Shown: piece by piece, positions 1 through 12,314 of the stretch
Layout: every line of letters starts with the position of its first letter
How positions within the stretch are numbered: position 1 is the first letter of the stretch
Assembly (NCBI GenBank): GCA_044892505.1
Contig: CM097883.1
Location: forward strand, 198,958,001 to 199,022,000
Length of the DNA: 64,000 bases
Origin: Schmidtea nova
Taxonomy: Eukaryota
Direction of reading: 5' to 3'
Made by a program: the position numbers and the translations under genes
The notes under the pieces: generated by a model
Databases searched by the model: none
The model's input: only the letters and a program-made list of their open reading frames with translations
What the model was told of the DNA's origin: nothing

Positions 1-699
1 TTGTTTTAACAATCATCAAAACTGTATTTACTTTCTGTCTACACATTTTTAACCTAGCTTTGATTTCGCCCAACTGTCGTGCATAATTGATGAAGTAATT
101 CATGTGGATTTTTAAATGGTTATTTCGAGTTAATGGGAACAAGATTTTCCGACCAGTTCAATATGATTATTTCACTAGGGAATTTGAAACGTTCACTCTA
201 CGATAGGACAATCGACTGACATTCTGTGATTTAAGTCAATTACGAAAATACTCGGAATTCCTCGAGTTATGTGGGTTGTGGTGTAAACATCGACTAAATA
301 ACCCCGTTATACCAACTACATGACGCTGGGAATCGGATTGTTGGCTCTCCCTCACTAGCTGGAATACTTAATATCAATTTAGCGGTTTAGTCGCGGCAAC
401 ATGTCTCGAAATTTTCTGTTCGCTTAGAGTTACCTAATAGGGTTCAGAAAATTATTGCCATCGTTAAGATTTTTGGGAAATGCGATCCCCTATTGAGACA
501 TTCGCCATGGTTACAACTCGGACGTAGTTTCTATGAAAGTAGAGGTTCAATTCAAAGATTCTGAATTTCTACTGCCTGTTCTCCGACATTCACCTTTTCC
601 CTAAGTATTTCTAGTATAAAAACAGGTCTTGACGGAGCAACCTATCTCCGCCCGTGCCGACACACGAAACAGGATAGATCACCCCGGAGAGCCGGCAAC

Positions 700-1290
700 C
701 AACGATATCGCCGCGACTCTCGCGTTATCTATACATCATAAACGAATTGAATAAGGAACACATGAAATTTTGAAAATTTTATTGATTAATACAATTTAAC
801 TTACAATAAAATGCTGTAATACGATTCACAAAGGCAATGGTCCAATTATTCCTCCCGAGTGTTGCTGTAGTGTTAAAAATGAAGTTTCCGTGTGTAAGAA
901 ATAATACTTTAGTGCCTAAGATGACATTAAGAATACTATATAATAAAATCGGCGCTCAGGCAACCAATCAAAATTAAGCTATTGTTTTATTGGTCTAATG
1001 ACCCGATTTATGATGTTATTACAATTTATTTTACTATTTCGTTATTATTTTATTATTTTCTTTTATTTCTTTTATTAATTGCATTTCTTTTCCTCATTTC
1101 TTTATATTTTCTAATTTCTGCTCAATTTCGTATTTTCTATCACTTTTCCTCGATTTTCCATTTTAATTATTGTTTTATTTGTATTGTTTTCTTTATTGAT
1201 TATTTGTATTGTTTTATTATTACCTTAATGTTTTTCTTTGATTATTGACATTTTTTAATTAATTGTTCATTTTCACCATTATTTATGTTT
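700..1290 (-). repeat. Dispersed promoter-bearing cassette, family A copy 1 (solo-LTR-like or virus-like)
   Basis: GGCGCTCAGGCAACCAATCA...ATTGG...CCGATTT at 950-1009, next to TATATA and followed by a ~280-nt T-rich tract. The same layout recurs near 14150 and 25700. Boundaries approximate. Confidence 0.5.
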
Positions 1291-1293
1291 GAG

Positions 1294-3026
1294 CTAACCC
1301 AACACAAGCCTTACAATCAATGAAAGCTGTTCATTTCGACTTTGAGCAGGAGTACAATCAACGATGATGGAATTATATCTAGCTTCTAATATTAAGTTTT
1401 TTATTTTATTAGATATAACATTTGCGATAATTCCTATCAACTCGTTTTGAATGTCCTTACTCAAGTATTTATTTCTTGTTTCTCCAAATTCAATTCTTCT
1501 TAAATGCTCAGATAGAATTGGGTCAAATTTTGCTATTGATTCTATTAATTTTAAAAAATTTCCGTTGTTTTTATCATATAAGTTATCTGAACTACCCCGA
1601 AAAGCTATCGATTGAGTTGATAGAGATTCAACGCAAATGACTAATCTTTTCAACAGTTTCCTCCAATGTTGGATTTCTTTAGACATGATTTTCTGGAACG
1701 AACAATCTATAGTTGTTTCACTGGATATTCTAGATTAAAATTCTTTCTAATGTTTGTAAAATTTTACATGAGCAGAACTTAGTTCATGTTCCTTAAGAAA
1801 TTTTGTTACATGACTCCAGTTATTATAACCCTGTCCTGTAATAGCTGCAGATGAATTTCTTGAAAGTATTTTTCAACAAAAGCAGAATATAGAATCTTTA
1901 GCTAACAAATAAACTAACCAGTTCCGATTTATAACTTCTCCATTGGAGAGATGCCTATTATAATATTTGGGATTTATTTTTCTTCCTGTTTGAGGGAAAG
2001 GATATATTATTTATTTGCTTAGGACCTTTTTTAATTACAGAAGTAATTATATTATCATTTAAAATAGACCAATTTCCTGGATCATTTAAATCTCCTAAAC
2101 ATCTTAAATTACTCAAGGAAGTAGAAGCGCTGTTTGAATTATCTATATTTGTATTATCTACAATAGTTACGTCATCTGGAGTTAACAAATCATTTGATAG
2201 TGGTTGAACAAGAATACTGGAGTCTGGAGAACCAAGTTGAGTTTCAGAAACAGAAGAGGTTTCCACAGGTTGTTCTTTAGTGATGTAACTAAGCAAAGCA
2301 TTTTTTGCTTATTTTTTGAAATTTCTAATATTTTTCGCTTTTGTCTATATGCATAACTTGGTAATTTACGTTTTGTAGCTATTTTTTGTTTCAACATAAA
2401 AAAGAAATACAAAAAATTTAATATAAAATAATTTTTTTTATTTATTTTTTACCTTAAATACTTACAACCTTACAATAAAATAGCCAAATACTAATTAATT
2501 TTTTAATTTTTTAGATAGAGCACAAATAAAAAAACTTTCTTTCTCATTTTCACAATAAAATATTAATAAAGCTTTTGAACAAAAATCATACACTAGCCAT
2601 TTTCACCCGGGAACACCAGGTTTTTTCAACGGCTACTCGCATTGCGACACAAATAGTACTATTATAAACAGCTTTTGCAAATTGTAAAATTTTAGTTTTA
2701 TCTACCATTTAAAAATTTTTCTCTATTTTGCAACAGGTAATAGTAACAGAAATAAAATATGTAATTGAAGTTTTTTTATAATTGCTAATGGTTTTATTCT
2801 TATTTGTAATGAAAATATAATTTACTATTTATTAATATTGCACCAAATAAATACTAATTAAGTATAAAAAAATTAATTGACTTATTAATCATTTTAGTAT
2901 TTAAGTAATTACTTGTTATAAGAACTAATTTTTTGAGTTAGAAATTTATTTTGTGCCCCTAAAATTTTTTTAAATTTAGCGCCCTGTGCAATTGCGCTTT
3001 TTGATCCTTTGGAAGCCTCGGCCCTG
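1294..3026 (-). mobile_element. Truncated hAT DNA transposon (ZMYM1/DUF4371-type transposase remnant)
   Basis: ORF 1294-1686 contains IAFRGS, NNGNFLKLIE, YLSKDIQNELI and SIIVDCTP...EQLSLIVR. A hAT-type terminus CAGGGCCG lies on the minus strand at 3026. The 3' part is missing. Confidence 0.85.
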
Positions 3027-3512
3027 ATTGTATATTAAATGGAACAATAGATTTCCATTTCACCTCTTTCTAACTGCTTCGATAAATGTTTTGGCATTGT
3101 TATCCAAAACACAATTAATGAAATCAAAAAAATTAATTTCTTTTACTTATTTTATGTAACATTATTGTTATCACTGTTGGTGTCTTTTAGGTGGATTTTT
3201 ATAAACTATATAATTTCTAGCATGACTCTTGACTCACATACAACATCATAAAACAATCTTTCCATTCACTTAGCCTGTTTCTTAGCAACCTTAATACTGT
3301 ATCAAGTGATTGAATATGTCTGCAAAAGGTGATCCGCGTCTCCGCAACTGCTAATGTCCAGGCAATTCATTGGTTTCAAGTACCACAGATAGAAGGAATT
3401 GGTACACATATATTTCAGGTTCATTCAAAATTTTATTTATTTCCTTTCTCATTATTAGTTGCGATAATTACCCAAATTAGTAAATAACGAAAATTTCGTT
3501 ATTATTTGACAC

Positions 3513-6304
3513 CAGTGGCGTAGCCAGAAATTTCGGAGGGGGGTGCAAAATGTTTTTTCATCCGAAAAACCCTAGAAATTCTTAATAAATTTTTACCTTC
3601 AAAACCCTAGCAATTTCAAATAAATTTCTTATGTATCTCTAAACTCAGCAATAACATTTATTCTTGATCTAAGGAATTCACACATCAAGTCGACGTTTTC
3701 CTTTGCGGAACTCGTATATAAATTCTTCAAACAAAACTTCGGTATAACTATAAATGCTCAGAAACATTAGTCCATTGAGTCTTTCCTCTCCTGTCTGTTT
3801 CTGTCGCCCGTTTTAAGTTGTTTCATTTTGCTGAAAGAGCGTTCGATGTCAGCGGTTGTTACAGGAATCACATTATAGATTTTCAGTAATTGGAACACGT
3901 TAGGAAACATATCTTGAGGGCATGTTTTTAGGTGGTCCATCGCAGTTTGTGGTTTTATAGTTGCATTTCCCAGTCTTTTCTGCCACATCTCAACTTCACC
4001 GAAAAACATCTGCAGTGATCCGTTCAAATTTTTTGTGTAGAAATGATAAAGTTGCTGAAGACTATTTTGAACTTTGCCGCTTAACAGCCACTCAGGGTTG
4101 AACATAAGATTTTTGAAATTTGCTAGCACTGCGTTTTCTCAAAATTTTTCTTTGAGTTCTCGACTTATTGAATTCAACAGCGGGGTGAACAGGAAACTTA
4201 AATAAAATTCTACAGGCTGCTGGTTCATTCCATCCAATCTCGGCCTTACTCTATTTTTCGGCAATGAAATTTCAATTTCAAAGCAAGATGCAACGTCAGA
4301 TGCTTCTTTGAATAAGGTTTCAAAGTTTTCTTTACTGTTCTGCCTAACTGTCTCAAGCTTTTCGATGAGATCATTGGCCGATGAAATAGCAGTGCTATAA
4401 TCTATTGAAGGCGATTGCAGAAGCCGACTTAACGGAAGGGCAAAGTGAACACGAATTTTAATGTGACAAGAGAGATAATGAAGTCGAAAGTCGACACTGT
4501 GTTAAGGAGGCTTTGAGCTTTCACAGCATCTTCTTTTTTACTCCATTCTGCAATTACACTCAAAACGTCAATTGTTGGCTCGAGAAGTTCGAAGAAAGTT
4601 TTGACTGCTTCGTGACGTTCAACCCAGCGCGTTTCCAAGTGTTTTTAGCTTTCTCCTAGCAGTTTCCGGTGTTGTTTTCTCGATAGATTTGCCAAATTCA
4701 ACTTGTTTTTTCGGTGAGTTTAAGAAGTTGTAGATACTTTTAATTGTGCTAAGACACAGAGATATCTGCTTTACTTTGCAGCTTTCTCCAATGACCAAGT
4801 TCAATCGATGACTGAAGCAATGTACTTAAGTAACTAAAGGAAATTGATGGCGAACTATTGCCGAAACACCTGATTTCTCTCCACTCATCACTCTTGCTCC
4901 ATTTAAGCCAATTCCTCGACACTTTTCCATTCGTAGCTTCATCGGTTTTGCTCCGCTTAACAATGAGTCAGTAAGTCCTTTGACAGTGACATCGCCCAAA
5001 TCTGTGAGCATTAAAAACGCTTCAACAATATTTCCGTCATCAATGTCGATGAAACGGAGTCCAATCGACATTTGTTCTATTCCGGAAACATCCGATGACT
5101 CGTCGGCAAGAATAGAGAAGAATTCGGACTTTTTCACTTTCTGAAGAAGCTTCGTCAACGCAATCTCATTCATCATGACGATTATTTCGTTCTGCATTGT
5201 ACTACTTAAGCAGGTAGCATTTTTCGGCGAACTTTCTAATGCATTCCGGAAAAACTCGTCCCTCATAACAAGAAGTCTAATCAGATTTCTGAAGTTTCCG
5301 TCGTTGATGCCTTTTTGGTCGTTAAAGATACCACCAGAATCTCTGTGTCCTCGGAACGGTAACGACTGTCGAGCGAGATAATTGATGGTGTCAAAAATTC
5401 CTTTCAAAAGAACAAAATTCTGCTTTCGTTCAAGTTCTTTCTGCCTCGTCAACAGTCTTTCAATGGTTATTTCAGGATTTTTGTTGATAACATGAAGAGC
5501 TTTTGCTGTTTCAACTGATCGTAAATGGTACGGCGCTTTTGTATGGTCAGTGAAAGTTTCCCGGCACTTTTGGTAATTCTTAAAAGGTGTTTTGACAAGT
5601 AGTGATCCAACTTGATCTCCGATCGCAAAGAAAAAGCAAAATTTGCAGTAAAGTCCACCTCCTGCAACCGAGTAAATCAGCCAATCAAATTCGCCCAACC
5701 AGTGATAACTAAATTTCCGCTTCCCTGAACCTTTCATTACTGTTGGGAAATTGAAGTGAGGTGGAGGATTCTTAAGCTTGCACAAAGCATCTATGTTTTC
5801 GTTGTCATTTAATTGAGATCGCCGATAAGGCTATATCGTCATCTGAGTTTTGACAAGCGCTGCGTTCCTCGTTCTGTTCATTTTCTTCCTCTTTGTCAGC
5901 CACTGGTAACTCGACGTTATGTTCAGAATCGTTTTTCTCTGTAACAACTTTTGGTGTCTTAGCAAAAAAACTGGAAAGCGAACTTTGATGATGTCTCTTC
6001 ATAGCTTTAAATCAATTAAATAATTTAATATTCAATACAAGTGAAGACAGAAAATATAGTTACTGTTTGCTAAACAATGACGAAATATGAGACTAATTTA
6101 ATCGAACACTAGCTTAATATTGTACAATTATAAGGCCTTTATTGAACTTTGAAAATTTGAATAGGTGAAATCCGTTAGGACAATCATCAACCTCAAAAAT
6201 TTCAGAAGTTTCTTAGCTCAATTTAATGTCTTATTAAAGGAGAGTTTTGCCAAAACCCTAGCGAGGGTGCAAATGTACCCTTGCACCCCCTGGCTACGCG
6301 CCTG
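3513..6304 (-). mobile_element. Full-length hAT transposon with TIRs and perfect 8-bp TSD
   Basis: Left TIR CAGTGGCGTAGCCAG at 3513; right TIR reverse-complement CAGGCGCGTAGCCAG ending 6304. TTTGACAC is duplicated at 3505-3512 and 6305-6312. Confidence 0.95.
3767..6002 (-). pseudogene. Disrupted hAT transposase (TTF zinc finger, DUF4371, catalytic and dimerisation domains)
   Basis: Colinear pieces: WLIYS...LYCKFC, FSILADESSDVSGIEQMSIGLRF, VHCFSHRLNL, ETRWVERHE, PVTTADIERSFSKMK. Broken by in-frame stops (4826-4828, near 4140) and about three frameshifts. Confidence 0.92.
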
Positions 6305-6980
6305 TTTGACACCCTTGAACTCAATTCCTCCGTTTTACTGATCTCCCTATTATTTCTCAGAATTGTTTAAAAGATTATATGAAACAAAGAGTTTATCACA
6401 ATTTTCATTAATTGTACAATACAACCAAAAAATTTAAATTACAATTCAAACAAAAATAATACTATTTTTAAAACTAAATGATGACAAAGGGGCTATAATT
6501 TCAGTTGACCAGCGATACCTGCAAGTTTTCGCAATTTCTTTCACTCTCGTTCCGCTCGTACTGGTTTAGTCCGATGTTTACGGTTCGGGTTTTCAATCTC
6601 TGTATTTGATCCACTGTATTCAGTGGGAAATAGTTTTTCGTTGTATTTAACAGCTGGAGGGCGTAAATCACGATATACTGGACTACCCTTTGATTCAGCT
6701 GATATTAGCTTTCTTTTATTCTCGTTTTAGCTCGCGTATTTCTGTAGGGTCCTTTACAGCTTGCTCCTATATAATGGTTAAGTGTTTTAATCTTGTTATT
6801 CTCAGATATTCACTTGGCCTACGTTTTTTATGCTGAATTAGTGGTAAGTAGATCCTCTAACTCAATTATTCTTTATTAAAAACACAAAAAATAGAAATCT
6901 ATTAAAATTAATATTTATTTTTAATTAACTACTATTTATATATCAATTTGTTGGCAATTATTGTGGGGATAATGTGAAAG

Positions 6981-6982
<2 letters not shown>

Positions 6983-7045
<63 letters not shown>
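6983..7045. repeat. (TA)n microsatellite
   Basis: Uninterrupted AT dinucleotide run abutting the Tigger-like terminus. Confidence 0.95.
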
Positions 7046-7048
<3 letters not shown>

Positions 7049-10000
7049 AAACCTCTCACAACGCGCTAGATACATTCCCCTAAAAGGCCGCGTAGAAGGA
7101 AATCGCGTTGTAAGAGATGTAAATTTTATAGGAAATAGGTCGGTTCCAAATAAGAAGCAGCGTGTTTACTGTTTAAACAAAAACTTAATTGGTAGATATT
7201 CAAAATATAATCAGAATTATATACTATTCAACAAATTTTTATTTAAATTTAACATGATCCAGGTAAAAAAGAAAAATAAATTAAATTAAATTAAATTCAA
7301 GTTAATAAAAAACAAAATAAAGATTTAAGAGAAATGCAGATGCATATTCACTTAAATTCTTCTTCATCACTGCTGACTATAAGTGGATTACGCCGAAAAC
7401 ATTTTTTATTATTTTCAAATCCGATTCTGAACTCGATTCTTCCCCATGGTTGTTAGTTCTTTCGGCCGTTAACGGTTTAAAAAAATCTGTTATCAAAGAT
7501 TGGTTGCTCTTTTTCTTCAAATCTTTATAAACTTCTTCATAAGCTGACAAACAATTTTGCAAATTTTCCTCTAAACTTTTCTGCTCTACGGCTGTGGATC
7601 ATTTTCTAAAAAATATTCGCTTAATTGCATCGCCATATTTAAACCTTTTTCCATACTTTTAACGGTGAAATTTCTGGGTTCTTCTTCGAATTTGTCGTCT
7701 TTACAATTTTCAATCGGAATTGTTTGACTGATTATTGTAATCAAATCTATTTCGTTAAGTTCGGCCTCCGTGACTAGTTCTTGTATGTCATCCATTGAGA
7801 TTTCATTAAAACTATCGCGACCTATTGTGTGAGCAAGCTGAAGTATATTCCTGAATTCATCCACCTGAGTTGAATCAACATTTCCTCTTTGATTGGCCAT
7901 ATCCGGTAATAACACTTTCCACGAGCATTTAGCGTATACTGGCGCATTTCCCTAATTGATGATGCAACCATTTCGACACGATCTAGAATCGAGAACTCTT
8001 TCCAAACATCGCTAGTTTTAATTGTATTTGTAGAAGTGTCATTTTTATCTAGAATTAATTTAAATGATTTACGGATGTAAATTAATTTAAAATTTGCTAT
8101 GATTCCTTGATCCAAAGGTTGTAATAGCGAAGTTTTATTGGGTGGTAAGGAGGATATCTCGACATCTGGATGACTTAAATCGCAGAAATGGGAAGATCCA
8201 TTATCAGAAATCAGTAAAATTTTGAATGCTAAGTTCTTTTTTCAGGTAGTTTTCTATTTTCGGAATAAAAAATTGATGAAACCAAATCTTAAATAACTCA
8301 CCAGTCATCCATGCCTTTTTATTGGCCCTCCAATGCACAGGAAGTCCGGTTTTGTTACAACCTTTAATCGATTAATAAATAATAGCTTAGTCATTAAATC
8401 TCCAGATGCATTACTACAAAAAAATTAAGTTATGCGATCTTTAGCAGCCATAAAACCAGGTGATGTTTTTTCATTTTTTGAAATATACGTTCTAGAGGGC
8501 ATATTTTTCACCATAAACCAGTTTCATCGGCGCTTAACACCTGATCAAGCAAATAGTCATTTTCTTGAATCAATTTTTGGAGTTCTTCCGGATACGTTTT
8601 AGCTGCATCGGGTGCCAGTACCTGTATCGTAAAAATACTTATCGTAATATTGGAACTATATCGTAAAAATACTTTATCGTAAAAGTCAATATTAATTAAT
8701 ATCGTAATTCAAGTTATTCTTTTATATCGTAACAAGCAATATCATACAAAATATAATTACATATATCATCATACTATAATTTAACAGTAATAAATGTTTA
8801 ACTAATGAGCTTTTGCACATAAAAACCATCACAGAATAGGTTCTGCTACTAGGGTTCTGTTCACAGTGTTCTGCCAGCACTGTTCTGCTACTGAATTAAT
8901 TTGATGAAAATAAAAACCATTTGTATCTCATGTGTCTCCAAAGTACAAAATTCGGATAACCCAGTATGTCCATCTTGTGGCGAAAAAATTGAGCTTGTTA
9001 TTAAACCTGTCATTTAATTTGATTTATTTATAAATACATTTTTAGTTTTATTATTTATATTTAAATATAATTTAAGAAGTAGACCATGTCATTAAATATT
9101 TTATTTTGTCTGATTATATAATGTTTATATAATAATATTTACGATTTAGGTCCATTTTTTAATATTACGATATTGCTTTCTTTTTAATCTTTACGATATT
9201 ACGATATTTACGATATTACGATATTTACGATATTACGATATTAATCTTAAGTGATATTACGATATAGGTATGGCCCCCCGCTGCATCTACGTCAATGGAT
9301 GCTTTTTCTCCATGCATTTTAATATTGTGCAATGAATGGCGTTTTTTTGAATTTTCCAAACCATCCATTGCTAGCAACAAACTTAGGACTGGAAAGATCG
9401 TCTGTTGATTCTTCCTTTTCTTGTAAACAGTTGAATATTTTTAGAACCTATTGTTTGATTACATTTCCGTTCAAAGGTAGCCGTTTTCTTCTACCCACAC
9501 TATGAAAGCATGTTAAATTTTTTCCATTACACTTGCTCTTGGAAGAGCCGTAAATTTTGTAAGTACAGATGATCCAGACGCTACAGAATTTCTAATCTTT
9601 TCTTTTGGATTTTTGATGGATCTAATTGTTGACTCATTTAAATTAAAATATCTGGCGACATCTGCTGCCTTTTCTTGATAGTTAAGTTAATCCAAAATTT
9701 GTAATTTTGTTTGGAGTAAGACAAACTTTTGTTTCTTAATAAATCGACATTTTGACGGCTAGAAAAAATGTTTCAATTAATCTAGATTTCAAAAAATTGA
9801 ATTTACTTACTGCTCTGCATAATAGAAAAGTTAATTTAATGATTTTAAATATGTGATTTCAAAATTATACCAAAAATTACATATGGACGTATAAACTTAT
9901 TATATTGCCTATTTAATAATTTAATCTTACTGATATTCACTGTAAAATAAAAATAATTGTTGTGATCCCTTTTGTTCTATGACTGAAAACAAACTAAAAT

Positions 10001-10135
10001 GTAAATCACAAACGATTGAAACCGGTAACGTCTCGTAAAAAGTAAATTTATTTGCTGAATTGGGGATTCCTGTTACGATGTACAAAAGTCGCGTTGTAAG
10101 AAAAAGAATTCGCGTTACAAAAAAAAATTTACATT
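7046..10135 (-). mobile_element. Tigger/pogo-family DNA transposon with decayed transposase (about 9748 to 7377)
   Basis: Minus-strand motifs: HTH (AADVARYFNLNESTIRSI), CENP-B HTH (ASNGWFGKFKKRH), ADETGL, HWRANKKAWMTGE, LPPN..SLLQPLDQGII. CGCGTTGTAAG subterminal repeats occur at both ends. Right boundary approximate. Confidence 0.9.
8610..9279. mobile_element. MITE (MULE- or Merlin-like) inserted in the Tigger transposase
   Basis: TIRs GGGTGCCAGTACCTGTATCGTAA and reverse-complement GGGGGCCATACCTATATCGTAA, with ATATCGTAA-type subterminal repeats. GCTGCATC is duplicated at 8602-8609 and 9280-9287. Removing the insert restores the Tigger frame (SIDVDAAKTYPEEL). Confidence 0.88.
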
Positions 10136-10653
10136 TATAAACTAATGAGTATGTCTTATTATTTTTGTTGGTGTATTGCTCGTTCAAATTTAGACAAAAA
10201 ATATCAACCTTCTACTTCCTTTCACTCAATTATCTTTTACTTTTGCTCTGTTTCCTTTCTATGGTCGCTATACACATAAAAAACATACTGTATATGTACC
10301 CGTGAATTTCCCTATTAATTCACGTTGGAGCTGTACATAACAGCCGATTGCAAGTCAGCAGGTGAGCTCCTTCACAAGAACTACTCCTGACTTGTCGCAT
10401 CGTTCGGGTTCTGACTTGACCGATAGAAGGTCTCGTTCATTTTATTCCCCTCACCCATTCGCAGGTCTCTAGTTTGGGTGGACTTAATACTCTAACCCTC
10501 TCTTTTAGTTACTTCTACATGTTGCTCAAACTTTCCTTCAAGGTTCTATTCACCTCCTCTTGAAACAAGGAAAAACGTTGATGCGACAACATTTATTATT
10601 ACAGATAAACCAGATCAATACACAAACAATTCAGTGATTGATACATGTAAAAT

Positions 10654-11096
10654 TTAATTATTGTCATTCGTCGCATCTCGTCTCGTCACAGTCGCTCCTT
10701 GGATGGTATTAAATGTTGACTTAACCATTTCGTCGGCAAGCTTCTGCTTCAACTGCCTGCGTCTTTGTGCATGGGATTTTCTTCGATTCCGGGATTTCGG
10801 TTTACTCGATTCTACTGTTGCCTTGTTATTCCTTTCCTCGTCGGATAAGTTAGAAAACCATTTGTCGAGAGTCAGGGGTCTGATCTGATCCCTTAACTGC
10901 GCTGCTACAAACTTTTCCGTGATCATGCGTCTACAATCCTGGTAGCTTCTAACTCTATCCTCTGGTCTTCAATCGTCGCTCGCGCTCGTTGTAAATTTCC
11001 CTGGATTTTCTTCATCTCCGCAGGATGAAAATAACTCTCCTCTAGTTCAATTTTACGACATTTTAATTTTCCAATCATCTCGTTTTCCGATGCCAT
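10654..11096 (-). pseudogene. Frameshifted orphan ORF, basic and probably helical (MASENEMIGKLK... then MITEKFVAAQLRDQ...)
   Basis: ATG near 11096, downstream of a TATAGAAA-like box. A frame change near 10925 joins ORF 10654-10926, and AATAAA follows at about 10595. No family recognised. Confidence 0.35.
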
Positions 11097-11331
11097 GGCT
11101 GATCTTAAGAAAATAAGATTTTATTCGTAGTGGTTAACTATCCACCTCAGGGTTTCTATAAGGCGCATTTCACTCCTTCCCCTTTACCTCGTAGTACATT
11201 ATGGTGTAAATACTTTATATTTTTATTAGAATAATTAATTCAATGTTGCGCAAACCCTAACACGAGAAAATGACTAACAACGAATACATAATATTTTAGG
11301 CAACACAAGTTTTAGCCAGCCGACTAGATAT

Positions 11332-11811
11332 TCAGCACAAGTCTATGATTTCGACACAGTCGTTATCCCACTCCATCTCCTGAGGATCCGTTGGGCTGAG
11401 AGGGGAAACGAAACTTTCTTCTGTTAAGGCAGGGCTTAAGACGAATCGGCCAAGACTAAAAAATTCTTCGGTGGGGATTGTCCCGGTGTAAAAGATCTTG
11501 AATCGCCCTGGGATCTCGGTAGGCGATTCCACGAAGTACTTGGGTACGTCTCTTGGATAGTCCCGGCTGACGTCCTCCGGCCAGGCTCGTCTACCGTACC
11601 AGGTTATTATATCTGGACTATCGCGGTGTAAGCTGAATGGGGGCTCCCTGCCCTTCTCTAGGAATGATGATCGGTGCTCGTCTACGATCTGTTGCGCCAG
11701 ATCCGTAGGAATGTCTTTTAGTGGGAGCGCCCACACAAGATAGTTCTCTCTGCTTGCCGATTCCCGCTCGTCAGATCCTCTCTCAGACGTATTCACGTTC
11801 GTCACTTTCAC
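11332..11811 (-). CDS. Orphan 159-aa ORF in a GC-richer island (possible mobile-element or viral cargo)
   Basis: Uninterrupted, non-low-complexity reading frame, visibly more GC-rich than its flanks, followed by AATAAA at about 11225. The true start may lie in the N-gap at 11832-11962. Confidence 0.45.
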   Translation of the reverse strand: MKVTNVNTSERGSDERESASRENYLVWALPLKDIPTDLAQQIVDEHRSSFLEKGREPPFSLHRDSPDIITWYGRRAWPEDVSRDYPRDVPKYFVESPTEIPGRFKIFYTGTIPTEEFFSLGRFVLSPALTEESFVSPLSPTDPQEMEWDNDCVEIIDLC

Positions 11812-12182
11812 GTGTATGCTTATTCGTTCCANNNNNNNNNNNNNNNNNNNNNNNNNNNNNNNNNNNNNNNNNNNNNNNNNNNNNNNNNNNNNNNNNNNNN
11901 NNNNNNNNNNNNNNNNNNNNNNNNNNNNNNNNNNNNNNNNNNNNNNNNNNNNNNNNNNNNNNNGTAGAAATGTTATGTGAGGGAAATATGTAAGGGCCCA
12001 AAAGAGTCTCCCAAAGAAAAATGAGTTGTGGGGACAATTGGGGTGCGTGGTATATATATTTTGCGTGAGAGTTCAACAATTAAATATAACAAATATAAAA
12101 AACAATTTGATTAGCAAAACTATTATTCAATTTAACAAATTTTATTAAAATCTGAACCACAACAGAAAAACTACGAAAAGTT

Positions 12183-12314
12183 ACTTTGATTTTTTTTCTT
12201 GAGTGTGGGAATATAACGTTAGATAATAGTTAATAGTTGGCTGTTGATTGAGTATGATACTTTGATTTTTTTTCTTGAGTGTGGGAATATAACGTTAGAT
12301 AATAGTTAATAGTT
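12183..12314. repeat. Short direct repeat (~56 nt, period 75)
   Basis: TACTTTGATTTTTTTTCTTGAGTGTGGGAATATAACGTTAGATAATAGTTAATAGTT occurs twice. Confidence 0.85.

Noticed and set aside
982-1248. Phe/Ile/Leu-rich ORFs here and at 12349, 14195, 34129, 34212 and 43470, plus Lys-rich antisense ORFs
   Set aside because: They are translations of T-rich or A-rich low-complexity tracts and microsatellites, not credible membrane proteins.
6312-6900. Coding-looking degenerate sequence flanking the hAT insertion (also 3060-3500)
   Set aside because: Stops in the inspected frames and no recognisable motif.
10300-10560. Minus-strand EEVNRTLKESL...KFTGT resembling a Gypsy integrase tail
   Set aside because: Too short and degenerate to support.
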